Shown: positions 54,645-62,772 of the stretch, piece by piece
How positions within the stretch are numbered: the stretch's first letter is position 1
How the letters are laid out: the number at the start of each line of letters is the position of its first letter
Source: a virus
Lineage: Duplodnaviria > Caudoviricetes
DNA length: 64,000 bases
Direction: 5' to 3' (one strand)
IMG/VR virus record: IMGVR_UViG_2934377003_000001
Coordinates: 1 to 64,000 of that record
Program-made: the position numbers and the translations under genes
Notes under the pieces: model-generated
Databases searched by the model: none
What the model was told of the DNA's origin: nothing
Seen by the model: the letters and a program-made list of their open reading frames with translations, nothing else

Positions 54645-55462
54645 GACGACGCCCCGTCCTGCCGCGCCCCGGCGGCGGGCTCGGGGAGGCAGACCGTGTA
54701 GCCCTTGGCGCGGCAGTCGGAGCAGCGGATGGCCTTGCCCGGGGTGTGCTGCACGGGCGCGACGGCCTGCGTCTCGGTGGCTGTCGTCTCGTCGGCCACA
54801 CGACGCAGCGGGTCAGCTGGGGCGTCCAGCAGCTCGCACATGCCGCAGCTGAGGCCGGAAGGGCACGTCTCACGGTGGAGGTCGCGGACGCGCTTGAGCT
54901 TGCGGGTGAGGGCGCCTGCCCCGTCTCCGTACTCGTCGACCATGCAGCGCAGCCGCTTCAGCTCGGCCTCAGCCTCGGCGCGTCGCCGCTGCTCGTCCTT
55001 CCACGCCGCCCGGTACGACTCGCGCTCGCGGGCCACCGTCTCCGTGTTGCGGGCGTGCAGTTCGGCGTCGGCCTCGGCTTGCTCGATGCGCTCGTCGGTG
55101 TCGTGGCGGGTGGTCGCGGGCAGCACGGCGGCGATCCCGGCGAGCGCCTCCGCACGCGCGTCCGGCGTCAGCGTGTCGCCCCCCGCGGCCTCCACGACGG
55201 CGAGCACCGCGGAGGCGATCGCATCGGGGGCGGACGGGACGGAGGGCGGCAGCGGGACGGCAGAAGCGCGGTCCAGCGCGGCACGCAGCGCCGACACCAC
55301 GGCCGGGGTCCGGATCGTCTCGGGGAGGCGCTGCTCCCAGTAGTCGACCATCTGCCGGATACGGGCCACGACGGCACGCAGCCGGTCACGCTCCTCCCGC
55401 CGCTCGGTGGCAGCGTCGTACCAGTACTGCACGGCCTCAGCCGGGGTGTGCGGGGCGGTCAT
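54641..55462 (-). CDS. Hypothetical mosaic coiled-coil protein
   Basis: AGGAGG RBS, coiled coil and CxxC pairs. Confidence 0.6.
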   Translation of the reverse strand: MTAPHTPAEAVQYWYDAATERREERDRLRAVVARIRQMVDYWEQRLPETIRTPAVVSALRAALDRASAVPLPPSVPSAPDAIASAVLAVVEAAGGDTLTPDARAEALAGIAAVLPATTRHDTDERIEQAEADAELHARNTETVARERESYRAAWKDEQRRRAEAEAELKRLRCMVDEYGDGAGALTRKLKRVRDLHRETCPSGLSCGMCELLDAPADPLRRVADETTATETQAVAPVQHTPGKAIRCSDCRAKGYTVCLPEPAAGARQDGASS

Positions 55463-55542
55463 CGGGGTTCCTCCTGGTGGGTGGGTAGGGTTCGGGCACC
55501 GGCCGCCCGCGCACTTCGACTGCGCGGGCGGCCGGCCAGGGT

Positions 55543-56040
55543 TCACGGGGTGGCGGACTCGCAGCCGGGGTAGTCGTCTGGCAGTCGCGGCTCGATGTAC
55601 GCGTGCCGGTAGTGCGGGATCGGATCGACGGCCGGAAGCAGGACGCGCGCGTGCCGGTCCAGTTCGTTGCCGTCGCGGTCGTAGCAGACCGGTTCGGCGG
55701 TCTCGTACTGCGCCTGCCAGGCAGCGAACTCAACGTCGGTGAGTTCCTTCGGTGGGGTCTCGCCGCCGTACCAGTCCTCGGTGATCCCGGCCTGCTTCAA
55801 CTGCTCATCGCCCATCTCGTTGACGATGTGCTCGGTCGCGGCCTGTACCTCGAAACACTCGGGCTGGTCGATGTGCTCGTAGGCGTCGCGGAGTTCTTCG
55901 AGGCAGGCGACCATCCGCTCCTGCCAGGCGACCGGCATGGACTGCATGAGGGTGCGGTGCAGCACCTGGTAGTTGCTGTAGCTGAGGCTGAACCAGCCGT
56001 GGATGGGGCCGTCGGTGCGCTGGTAGGGCTGCTCAGTCAT
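55543..56040 (-). CDS. Hypothetical protein
   Basis: AGGAG RBS; HGWFSLSYSNYQVLHRTLMQSMP..WQ. Confidence 0.7.
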   Translation of the reverse strand: MTEQPYQRTDGPIHGWFSLSYSNYQVLHRTLMQSMPVAWQERMVACLEELRDAYEHIDQPECFEVQAATEHIVNEMGDEQLKQAGITEDWYGGETPPKELTDVEFAAWQAQYETAEPVCYDRDGNELDRHARVLLPAVDPIPHYRHAYIEPRLPDDYPGCESATP

Positions 56041-56098
56041 TGGGTCGCTCCTGGTGGTGTGGGTGTCGGATTATGTGCGGTTTCGACGCCACCGGTCC

Positions 56099-56542
56099 TC
56101 AAGCGGAACCGGCGGGCAGTGTCGGGTCGTCGCGCCGCGTGTAGGGCTGCGGGACGGGTCCGGGGGTCTGGAACCAGGTGACGGGGACCGCGCCGGGCGT
56201 GGTCTCGGCGGCGGCCGTGACCGTCCATCCGCCGTCCGCGCGCCGGGTGAACAGGGCGTGGCCGGCGTCGAGCCAGTAGTAGGCGTCCCGCAGATCCGCA
56301 GTGGCGGCGTCAAGCAGGTTGGGCTGCCCGCAGACGCGCCGGTAGTACTGGTCCAGCGCCTCAAGGGCCTGGCGCTTGTCGCCGGTCAGGGCGATGGCGT
56401 CGCCGGTATCTCCGAGGGAGGCGACGAGGACGCCGTCGTAGCAGTCCTCCATGTCGTCGGGGCCGGGGGTGAAGACGCGGCCCGTGTCGGCGGCGAGTCC
56501 GTACCAGTAGCTGCCGGGGGCGTCGTGGGTGGTGTTGGTCAT
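56099..56542 (-). CDS. Hypothetical protein
   Basis: AAGGAG RBS. Confidence 0.6.
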   Translation of the reverse strand: MTNTTHDAPGSYWYGLAADTGRVFTPGPDDMEDCYDGVLVASLGDTGDAIALTGDKRQALEALDQYYRRVCGQPNLLDAATADLRDAYYWLDAGHALFTRRADGGWTVTAAAETTPGAVPVTWFQTPGPVPQPYTRRDDPTLPAGSA

Positions 56543-56610
56543 CGGGGTCTCCTTGGCGGGTAGGGTCCGGCGGAGACCCGGCGTGTTAGAGGCACGCCGG
56601 GTCGCCTCGT

Positions 56611-56931
56611 TCACGGGGTGGGGGCAGCGGTCTTCGCCGCGGCGTGCTGCTCGCACTCCCAGTTGGCGCCGACGTGCTCGCGGTAGTGGGCCATGGTCAT
56701 CAGTTCGGTTCGCAGCCCGGCCTTGGCGGCGCGGTCACGGTCACGCTTCGTCGGGTTCATGTGCCGGTGGGCCTGGTCGGCGGTGGCCAGGACCCAGCCG
56801 CTGTCGTCCCTGGCCTCCACGACGGCAACGGCGGCGGCGACGATGCAGCCGCACGGGCGCCGCTCGAACCATCCGCAGGCGTCGAGCGGAACGTGCTCGC
56901 CGTCGACAACGACGGTCAGGTTGGTGGTCAT
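56611..56931 (-). CDS. Hypothetical protein
   Basis: AAGGAG RBS. Confidence 0.6.
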   Translation of the reverse strand: MTTNLTVVVDGEHVPLDACGWFERRPCGCIVAAAVAVVEARDDSGWVLATADQAHRHMNPTKRDRDRAAKAGLRTELMTMAHYREHVGANWECEQHAAAKTAAPTP

Positions 56932-56986
56932 TGCTTCTCCTTCGGGTTGGCTGGTCACAGCGACCAGAGGCTGGGCTGGTGGTGGT

Positions 56987-57151
56987 TCAGGTCGAGGGCG
57001 GTCTGGCCGTCGCAGTGGACGACTGCGGGTTCGGCCACCCGGGCAGGCGCCGGACGGGCCGGGCGGGGTTGAGTCGGCGGGCACAGACCGGTCCGAGGCC
57101 GGTGGGCGACGGGCGGCGTAGGCGCCGGCCGCACGCCGTGCAGCGGGACAT
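56987..57151 (-). CDS. DUF6011-like zinc finger protein
   Basis: CTACGRRL...GLGPVC. Confidence 0.65.
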   Translation of the reverse strand: MSRCTACGRRLRRPSPTGLGPVCARRLNPARPVRRLPGWPNPQSSTATARPPST

Positions 57152-58200
57152 CAGGCGGCCTCCGCGATCTGACCGCTGGACAGCGGCAGCCCGAACGCGG
57201 CGGCGATGACGTGCTCGGCCAGCAGGCAGGGCACGGCGTTGCCGATCTGTTCGAACTGCTTGGTGCGGCTCCCCCGGAACGGGTGATCGGCGGGGAACGA
57301 CTGGAGGATCGCCGCGTCCTGGACGGACAGGCGGATGGTGTCCCGGCGTCCGCCGCGGTAGGCGGGCAGGCTGTCGGCGTCGACGATGCGGGTGCAGTCG
57401 ATCCAGCGTCCGGCGTCGCGTTCGCCGTAGAGGGTGGCGCGGGCACCGGATCCGCCGACGCACGACGGATCGGGCCCGCCGGCTGCTGTGCCGACAGCGA
57501 TGGTGAGCGCCGGCCGGGCAGTCATGCCCCAGCCGATCGCGTCGGCCATGGAAATCCACGGCTCCAGCCCGAAGACTTCCTGTACTTCGGTGACGCCCTT
57601 GCGGTACCGGTGGTGCGTGGGCTGCGGCAGCCGGGCCTCCCCGTCCAGGCTGGCGGCGAGAAGGGCACGCACCCGGGTCTGCGCGACGCCGTACTCCTCG
57701 GCGGACAGTCGGCCGGTCGCCACGCTGTAGCCCTCGGCGCGCAGGAGTTCACCGAGCGCCTCCCACACGGGCAGCACCGTCGGCACCTGCTCCAGGAGGA
57801 TCGTCCGGTACGGGCGGCCGGCGTCCATCGCTTCCAGCGCCCACCGCAGCGGCTCCAGGACCAAGCCGGTCCGCTCGTCGTCGAAGCCGACGAGCGCCTC
57901 CCCGATGTCCTGGCGTGCGGCCAGCCGCCGTGCCAGGCCGAGGACGGTGTCCAGGGCGGCCCTGCCGCGGCCCTTGCCGCCAACGGAGAACGGCTGGCAC
58001 GGCGGGGAGCCGATCATGTCGGTGGCGTCGGGGAAGTCTGCGGGCCCGTAGGCGCGGACGTCGCCCTCCACCGTGCGGAGCCCAGCGGCGCGGCGGGTCT
58101 CGCATGCGGCGTGATCGCGTTCGATGCCGGTCACGTCGAGACCGAGACGGGTGGCTCCCACGTCCCAGCCACCGGGACCGGCGAACAAGTCGACGATCAT
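57151..58200 (-). CDS. DNA cytosine-C5 methyltransferase
   Basis: DLFAGPGG, GSPPCQPFS, LEQV, QTRVR, LQSFP, QIGNAV. Confidence 0.92.
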   Translation of the reverse strand: MIVDLFAGPGGWDVGATRLGLDVTGIERDHAACETRRAAGLRTVEGDVRAYGPADFPDATDMIGSPPCQPFSVGGKGRGRAALDTVLGLARRLAARQDIGEALVGFDDERTGLVLEPLRWALEAMDAGRPYRTILLEQVPTVLPVWEALGELLRAEGYSVATGRLSAEEYGVAQTRVRALLAASLDGEARLPQPTHHRYRKGVTEVQEVFGLEPWISMADAIGWGMTARPALTIAVGTAAGGPDPSCVGGSGARATLYGERDAGRWIDCTRIVDADSLPAYRGGRRDTIRLSVQDAAILQSFPADHPFRGSRTKQFEQIGNAVPCLLAEHVIAAAFGLPLSSGQIAEAA

Positions 58201-60002
58201 GCGGCCTCCTCCGTGGTGTCGTCGCCGGCGCGGGTGTGGAGGTCCCGCAGCGCGTAGGCGGCCTGCTGCCGGACGACCCCGTTGCCGAGGGCACGGAGCA
58301 TGGCGGGCCGTGTGAGGCCGGGCGTGTCGGTGACCCAGCCGTCGGGCAGGCCCATCAGCCATTCGGTGAAGACGGGGCTCAGACGTCCCAGAGCGTCGGT
58401 TGGCCAAGGGGCTCGTCGTCCGAGGACTCGCTCCCAGCGGCGGATGGCGGGTCCGTAGTCGCCCCAGTCGAGGTCGGGTTCGCCTTCTCGGAGGTCGAGA
58501 ACTGTTCGACGATCCGCCTGCTGCTGGGCGGCAGATCCTCGTTCGCCGGCAGGTTGTCGGGGCGTTCCCCTGTCGCCAGCTTTGCGATCTCCGTCAGGCC
58601 GAGGGAGCTGGACTGTCCTCCGCCCGTCCGCCGGCCGTTCCCCGTGGACGAGGTGAGGGCCCTGGTGCTCTTCTCCGTCGCGCTGGCTGTCGGTGTCGGC
58701 AGCAGCTTCGGCGGCGCAGACGGGGCAGTCATCGGGGCAGAATCCGGGCTGTCCGAGTTCGGGGTCGGTGCAGTGAAGGCATCCGTTGCATAGCCCGTCG
58801 GGGGCGTGCTCGGACTTGAGGCAGAGGCAGGTGGGGCAGGTGGTTTCGGCAGGAGCTGCGCTGCCGCGCTCGGCAGCATCAGGTCGCCCTTGCTGCCGCG
58901 CTGGTTCGGTCCGCCCTTCGTTCCGTCCGTGGCTCTGGGGGTCGGCAGCAGCTTCACGGTTATCGCCAGCGGCGTGCCCTGCCCGTTCCCGTTGATCCCC
59001 TTCTCCAGGTTGCGCTGCCGCCTGGCTTCCCAGGACTCCAGCGACTCCCCGTCGTTCGGGTTCGACGCTGCTGGCGTCGGCAGCAGCTTCACCTGGCCGT
59101 CCGAGTTCGGGGTCGGTGCAGCCGTGGCATCCTGCGCAGAATCCTCCGGCGTCGTGCATCCACTCGCCGCATCCGCAGGTCGGGCAGACGGGCTCGTCGG
59201 CGACGGCAGGCAGTTCACGACGACCTCGTTCAGCGGCCGGGAGTTCCGGTCCATCAGGTTCGACTCGCCCGACTTCCAGTCCGGGGCGGCCGGGGTCGGC
59301 AGCATCCGCGCCACCGATTCCAGCATCGGCGAGCGCCGAGCCCGCTCCGATGGGCAGTCGCCGCGGTCCATGTCCGAAGCCTTCGGTGTCGGAAGCAGCC
59401 GGCCAGGCGCGGATGATGATGCGGCGGCGGCGGTGGGGGGCGCCGACTTCGTCCGCGCCGTAGCGGCCCCATTCCGCATCGAACCCGAGGCTGGCCAGGT
59501 CCCCAAGAACGGCTCCGCATGCCCGCAGTACAGGCTCAGCGTGTCCGTCTCCCACGCAGTACGGGCAGGGTTCCATGTCGCTGGCAGCCGGCGCCGAGAG
59601 GAGCCCTTCGACATTTTCGATCACCACGAGTTTCGGTTGGAGGATGGAGATGGCGTGGGCCATGTGGTTCCACAGCCCGGAGCGGGTTTCGGGGGTAAGG
59701 CCAGCGCGGCGGCCAGCCGAAGAGACGTCGGTGCAGGGGAAGCCGCCGGTGAGGATGTCGACCGGCCCGTGCTCGTCGAGGACGCCCTGCCAGTCGATCT
59801 TTGTGATGTCGCCGAGGTTCGGGACGTTGGGCCAGTGCCGGGCGAGGATCTTCGCCGCGTACTGGTTCTTGTCTTCCTTGCCGTTCTTGTCCGGCGGCTC
59901 GTACTGCGAGTGCCAAACGACCTCGGCGTCGTACACGTCCATCACGGCCAGGTCCAGGGCCCCGGTGCCGGTGAACAGGGAGCCGATACGCAGCGGGCTC
60001 AT
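58197..60002 (-). CDS. DNA cytosine-C5 methyltransferase with a very long variable region
   Basis: SLFTGTG, GGFPCTDVS, IENV, PHRRRR, RLSPVFTEWLMGLP, LGNGV. Confidence 0.9.
   Translation of the reverse strand: MSPLRIGSLFTGTGALDLAVMDVYDAEVVWHSQYEPPDKNGKEDKNQYAAKILARHWPNVPNLGDITKIDWQGVLDEHGPVDILTGGFPCTDVSSAGRRAGLTPETRSGLWNHMAHAISILQPKLVVIENVEGLLSAPAASDMEPCPYCVGDGHAEPVLRACGAVLGDLASLGFDAEWGRYGADEVGAPHRRRRIIIRAWPAASDTEGFGHGPRRLPIGAGSALADAGIGGADAADPGRPGLEVGRVEPDGPELPAAERGRRELPAVADEPVCPTCGCGEWMHDAGGFCAGCHGCTDPELGRPGEAAADASSVEPERRGVAGVLGSQAAAQPGEGDQRERAGHAAGDNREAAADPQSHGRNEGRTEPARQQGRPDAAERGSAAPAETTCPTCLCLKSEHAPDGLCNGCLHCTDPELGQPGFCPDDCPVCAAEAAADTDSQRDGEEHQGPHLVHGERPADGRRTVQLPRPDGDRKAGDRGTPRQPAGERGSAAQQQADRRTVLDLREGEPDLDWGDYGPAIRRWERVLGRRAPWPTDALGRLSPVFTEWLMGLPDGWVTDTPGLTRPAMLRALGNGVVRQQAAYALRDLHTRAGDDTTEEAA
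58379..59614 (-). CDS. Overlapping same-strand alternate-frame protein with LLPTP repeats inside the methyltransferase gene
   Basis: 411 codons open; ATG created by an AAT codon in ENV with GGTGAT 5 nt upstream; five LPTP units plus degenerate copies. Confidence 0.6.
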   Translation of the reverse strand: MSKGSSRRRLPATWNPARTAWETDTLSLYCGHAEPFLGTWPASGSMRNGAATARTKSAPPTAAAASSSAPGRLLPTPKASDMDRGDCPSERARRSPMLESVARMLPTPAAPDWKSGESNLMDRNSRPLNEVVVNCLPSPTSPSARPADAASGCTTPEDSAQDATAAPTPNSDGQVKLLPTPAASNPNDGESLESWEARRQRNLEKGINGNGQGTPLAITVKLLPTPRATDGTKGGPNQRGSKGDLMLPSAAAQLLPKPPAPPASASSPSTPPTGYATDAFTAPTPNSDSPDSAPMTAPSAPPKLLPTPTASATEKSTRALTSSTGNGRRTGGGQSSSLGLTEIAKLATGERPDNLPANEDLPPSSRRIVEQFSTSEKANPTSTGATTDPPSAAGSESSDDEPLGQPTLWDV

Positions 60003-60313
60003 GCGGCGATTCCTTCCTGCGGCTGGTGGGTCGTGGTGCTGTTGGGGTTGCCGCCGCAGCGGGCGCAGGTGCAGGCGTCCGGCGGCGGCGTCGGGCCCGA
60101 GGCGGCGGTGCCGTCGATGACCCGGAGCAGGGGCCGTCGCGGGCCGCGGGTTTCGAAGCCGACGAGTGCGGCTTCGAGTTCGGCGCGGTGCGCGGCCTGC
60201 TCCTCCGGGGTCCAGGAGGGCCGCGAAGGGGCCTCTCGCGGCCTTTCGGGGCGTGAGTGCCCGAACGTGCCCGTTGGGACGGCTTCGGCCATCAGGCGCT
60301 CGTAGGCGTTCAT
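59999..60313 (-). CDS. Hypothetical protein
   Basis: ATGA overlaps at both ends. Confidence 0.6.
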   Translation of the reverse strand: MNAYERLMAEAVPTGTFGHSRPERPREAPSRPSWTPEEQAAHRAELEAALVGFETRGPRRPLLRVIDGTAASGPTPPPDACTCARCGGNPNSTTTHQPQEGIAA

Positions 60314-60618
60314 GCGGCGGTCGCCTCGGCTTCCTGGTAGCGGCGGGCGTGGACGGTGCGGCGGGCGCGGCCGTCCTCGTGGCACGGGGTGGCCAGACCA
60401 ACCTGGCACTGCGGGCAGCAGGCTGTGGCCTGAGCCCAGTCCGACACCCGCTGCGGGTGCGGCTGGCTGAGGACTGTGTTCCGGGTGCGGACCCGGCACG
60501 GCCGATGCGCGGCAGCCCCGCAGTGCGGGCAGGCGACGGACCGCGCCGGGTGCTGTTTCGCGCGGAGCACGTGCCGCAGGGACTCCGGCATCTGGGCGGC
60601 AGGCTGGCGAGTGGTCAT
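60310..60618 (-). CDS. Tandem zinc-finger protein
   Basis: CPHC.A....PC...H..R twice. Confidence 0.75.
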   Translation of the reverse strand: MTTRQPAAQMPESLRHVLRAKQHPARSVACPHCGAAAHRPCRVRTRNTVLSQPHPQRVSDWAQATACCPQCQVGLATPCHEDGRARRTVHARRYQEAEATAA

Positions 60619-60827
60619 CGACGGCCCCCGTTCACGGCACGGGCGATCAGCAGGGCGTGGTTGCCGTCACACCAGGTGCAGGTGTCGCCGCCGCGGTCCT
60701 CGGGGTCGAGCATGGCCTGGCAGCCCAGCCAGTCGGCCACCTGCTCCATGACCTCGGGGTCCTGCGGCGCGTCGGGCTGGGTGCGCAGCCGCTGGGCCGC
60801 GTTGCTGAACTCGATCTCGGGCTTCAC
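60615..60827 (-). CDS. Hypothetical protein
   Basis: GAGGAG RBS, GTGA overlap. Confidence 0.55.
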   Translation of the reverse strand: MKPEIEFSNAAQRLRTQPDAPQDPEVMEQVADWLGCQAMLDPEDRGGDTCTWCDGNHALLIARAVNGGRR

Positions 60828-61162
60828 TGGTTCTCCTCTGGCGGGCAGTTGCCGCAGTCGCAGGGCTGGTCGGGGAAGTGCTCGGTGTTGCGGTAGTGGC
60901 GGACCGCCGCATCCCAGGCGGCCTTCGGCAGGTCCCACTCCGGCGGCCGGCCGGGTGGCGAGCTGCCGGTGGGCCAGGCGCCCGGACGGTGACCCGGCGG
61001 GCTCGGGGCCGCCGCCGGCTTGGCAGGTTCGGTGCGGCGTGCGCGGCCGATGTCGATCTGCGCCCGCATCAGCGCCCGAAGCTCAGCCCGGCCGCCGGCA
61101 CGGACCGCCCGCATGTCCTCAACCTGGATGCCGTCGTCGTCCGGGATCTGCGCGTCACTCAC
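60824..61162 (-). CDS. Hypothetical protein
   Basis: GTGA overlap. Confidence 0.6.
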   Translation of the reverse strand: MSDAQIPDDDGIQVEDMRAVRAGGRAELRALMRAQIDIGRARRTEPAKPAAAPSPPGHRPGAWPTGSSPPGRPPEWDLPKAAWDAAVRHYRNTEHFPDQPCDCGNCPPEENQ

Positions 61163-61776
61163 GACGCCTCCTCGACGCCGGGACCTTCGTCCGTCTGGCT
61201 GCCGAGGATGCGGGCCGAGGCCGCCTTGCGGCGTTCAATCTCGGCCTGCTCGTCACGGCCAGACCGTGCCGAGTGGGGAGCGCGTTCCCGACCGCTGTCC
61301 ATCCGGCAGGGCCTGCCTATCGGTGCTCCGCACGCGGGGCACTCGATGCCCAGCGGGCCCGGACGTCTTACGACGGCCACCTCGTCCGGGATCTCCCGGC
61401 CGACGCCGGCCAGGAGCTCAGCGACAGGACGGCGCTTCATCACCTGACCGTCCGCTGCACGAGTGCGCTGACCACGGAGGGCCGCCAGGTAGGCCTGGAC
61501 GTCGTCCGGGTCGGCGTCCGGCACCTCGGCGGGCAGGCCAGGCCCCTGAATGTCGGAGGCGCGGTCGTCCCGGGTGCGTCGGATCTCCGCAATGATCTCG
61601 GCGGGGCTGACGAACGGCTGCTTGCGGGCTACGGCGGCGGCGGCGGCACGGGCATCGGCGAGGGCGAAGTCGGCGAGGACGTCGTGCCAGGCATCCGGGG
61701 TGTACTCGTCGAACTTCTGCTGGGGGCAGAGGGCTCGCACGTAGCGGGCGAGCACTACAGCTTCGTCGGGGGTCAC
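61159..61776 (-). CDS. Helicase loader/inhibitor-like protein with zinc finger
   Basis: TPDAWHDVL...FVSPAEI and CPAC.A..G.PC; follows the replication initiator. Confidence 0.6.
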   Translation of the reverse strand: MTPDEAVVLARYVRALCPQQKFDEYTPDAWHDVLADFALADARAAAAAVARKQPFVSPAEIIAEIRRTRDDRASDIQGPGLPAEVPDADPDDVQAYLAALRGQRTRAADGQVMKRRPVAELLAGVGREIPDEVAVVRRPGPLGIECPACGAPIGRPCRMDSGRERAPHSARSGRDEQAEIERRKAASARILGSQTDEGPGVEEAS

Positions 61777-62741
61777 TGATCCTCCTGCATGCGGGACTTG
61801 GCGCGCTGCATGGCGCGGTCGAAGAGGTCGTTGGTTTCCTGCTGCTGACGGGGGACGGGGCCGCTCTGCCCGACTGCGGTGGGCAAGTACGCGATTCCGT
61901 TCTGCTCCTCGGGGGCCTCGAGGGTTCGCCAGCCCTGCACCCAGGCGGAGGCCCCGGCCGGTACGCCTTTGAGGCGGGCGGAGTTAACGGCGAAGGCGAC
62001 CATCGCGGCGACGCCGACGCGGTTGATGGCTTGCCGCGTGTACTCCCAGCCGGACTCTCGGAGGTCCCAGCCGACGCCTGCGAGGCCCGCGTTGGCGATG
62101 CCCCGCTTCAGTTCGGCGAGGGGGTCGGGGAGGCCGTCCGCTCGCGGCTCGCTAGCAGCACCAGTACTTCCGTAGGAAGTACTGGGGTATGGAGTGGCAG
62201 CGGCATGGATACCCGTGACGGAAGCGTCACGCCGTGACAACCCGCTCTGACCTGCACTGCTGTCGGAACTTTGAGATTTTTCCGAAGCACTTTCACTTTT
62301 TTTGGAGGACGAATCGAAGGTAAAGTCCTTCGATTCGTCGGCGTTTCCATCGCCTTTTCGGTCGCTGGGACGCCCCCCGCGGGCGCCCTCGCGGTGCTTC
62401 GACTGGCGGTCGCGGGCCTTCTTCCGCTCGGCCTCGGCGCGGGCGCGGGAGGTGTTGCGGCCGTCGTCGAGGAAGTTGTGGAAGACATAGTCGCCGGGCG
62501 CCGGGGCGGGGCATCCGTCGGGGCAGTTGTGGCCGTGCTCGTGCCACAGGCCGGCCTTGACGAGCTTGGCCGCCTGCGGCTTGGTGCCGTACAGCTCGGC
62601 GACGACGCCAGGCACGATGCCGTCGGTCAGGTGCTGTGCGGCGTAGGAGCCGCAGCGCAGCCACAGACCGAGCGCAGCGTTCCCAGCCTTGATCAGCTTC
62701 GGGTGGGAGTGCGCCTTGTCGTCGATCCTGAACCAGGGCAT
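61773..62741 (-). CDS. Putative phage replication initiator
   Basis: MPWFRIDD..HSHPK...GLW...TDG N-terminal domain; low-complexity middle holding an ori-like sequence. Confidence 0.7.
   Translation of the reverse strand: MPWFRIDDKAHSHPKLIKAGNAALGLWLRCGSYAAQHLTDGIVPGVVAELYGTKPQAAKLVKAGLWHEHGHNCPDGCPAPAPGDYVFHNFLDDGRNTSRARAEAERKKARDRQSKHREGARGGRPSDRKGDGNADESKDFTFDSSSKKSESASEKSQSSDSSAGQSGLSRRDASVTGIHAAATPYPSTSYGSTGAASEPRADGLPDPLAELKRGIANAGLAGVGWDLRESGWEYTRQAINRVGVAAMVAFAVNSARLKGVPAGASAWVQGWRTLEAPEEQNGIAYLPTAVGQSGPVPRQQQETNDLFDRAMQRAKSRMQEDQ
62161..62339. other. Candidate replication origin inside the initiator gene
   Basis: 11-bp and 13-bp perfect inverted repeats, CGTGAC repeats and a T-rich tract. 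Confidence 0.55.
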
Positions 62742-62772
62742 CAGTTCTCCCTGGAGGTTTCGGTGTGGTCCA

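Noticed and set aside
39855-56610. Isolated GC-rich intergenic hairpins (near 39862, 43031, 46180, 47355, 53958, 55501, 56575) as a repeat family
   Set aside because: No shared sequence; ordinary terminators or mRNA stabilisers
58197-60002. Frameshifted methyltransferase pseudogene or intein
   Set aside because: All motifs lie in one uninterrupted frame and no intein terminal motifs are visible
57151-60002. Restriction-modification system
   Set aside because: No adjacent restriction endonuclease recognised; orphan phage methyltransferases are more likely
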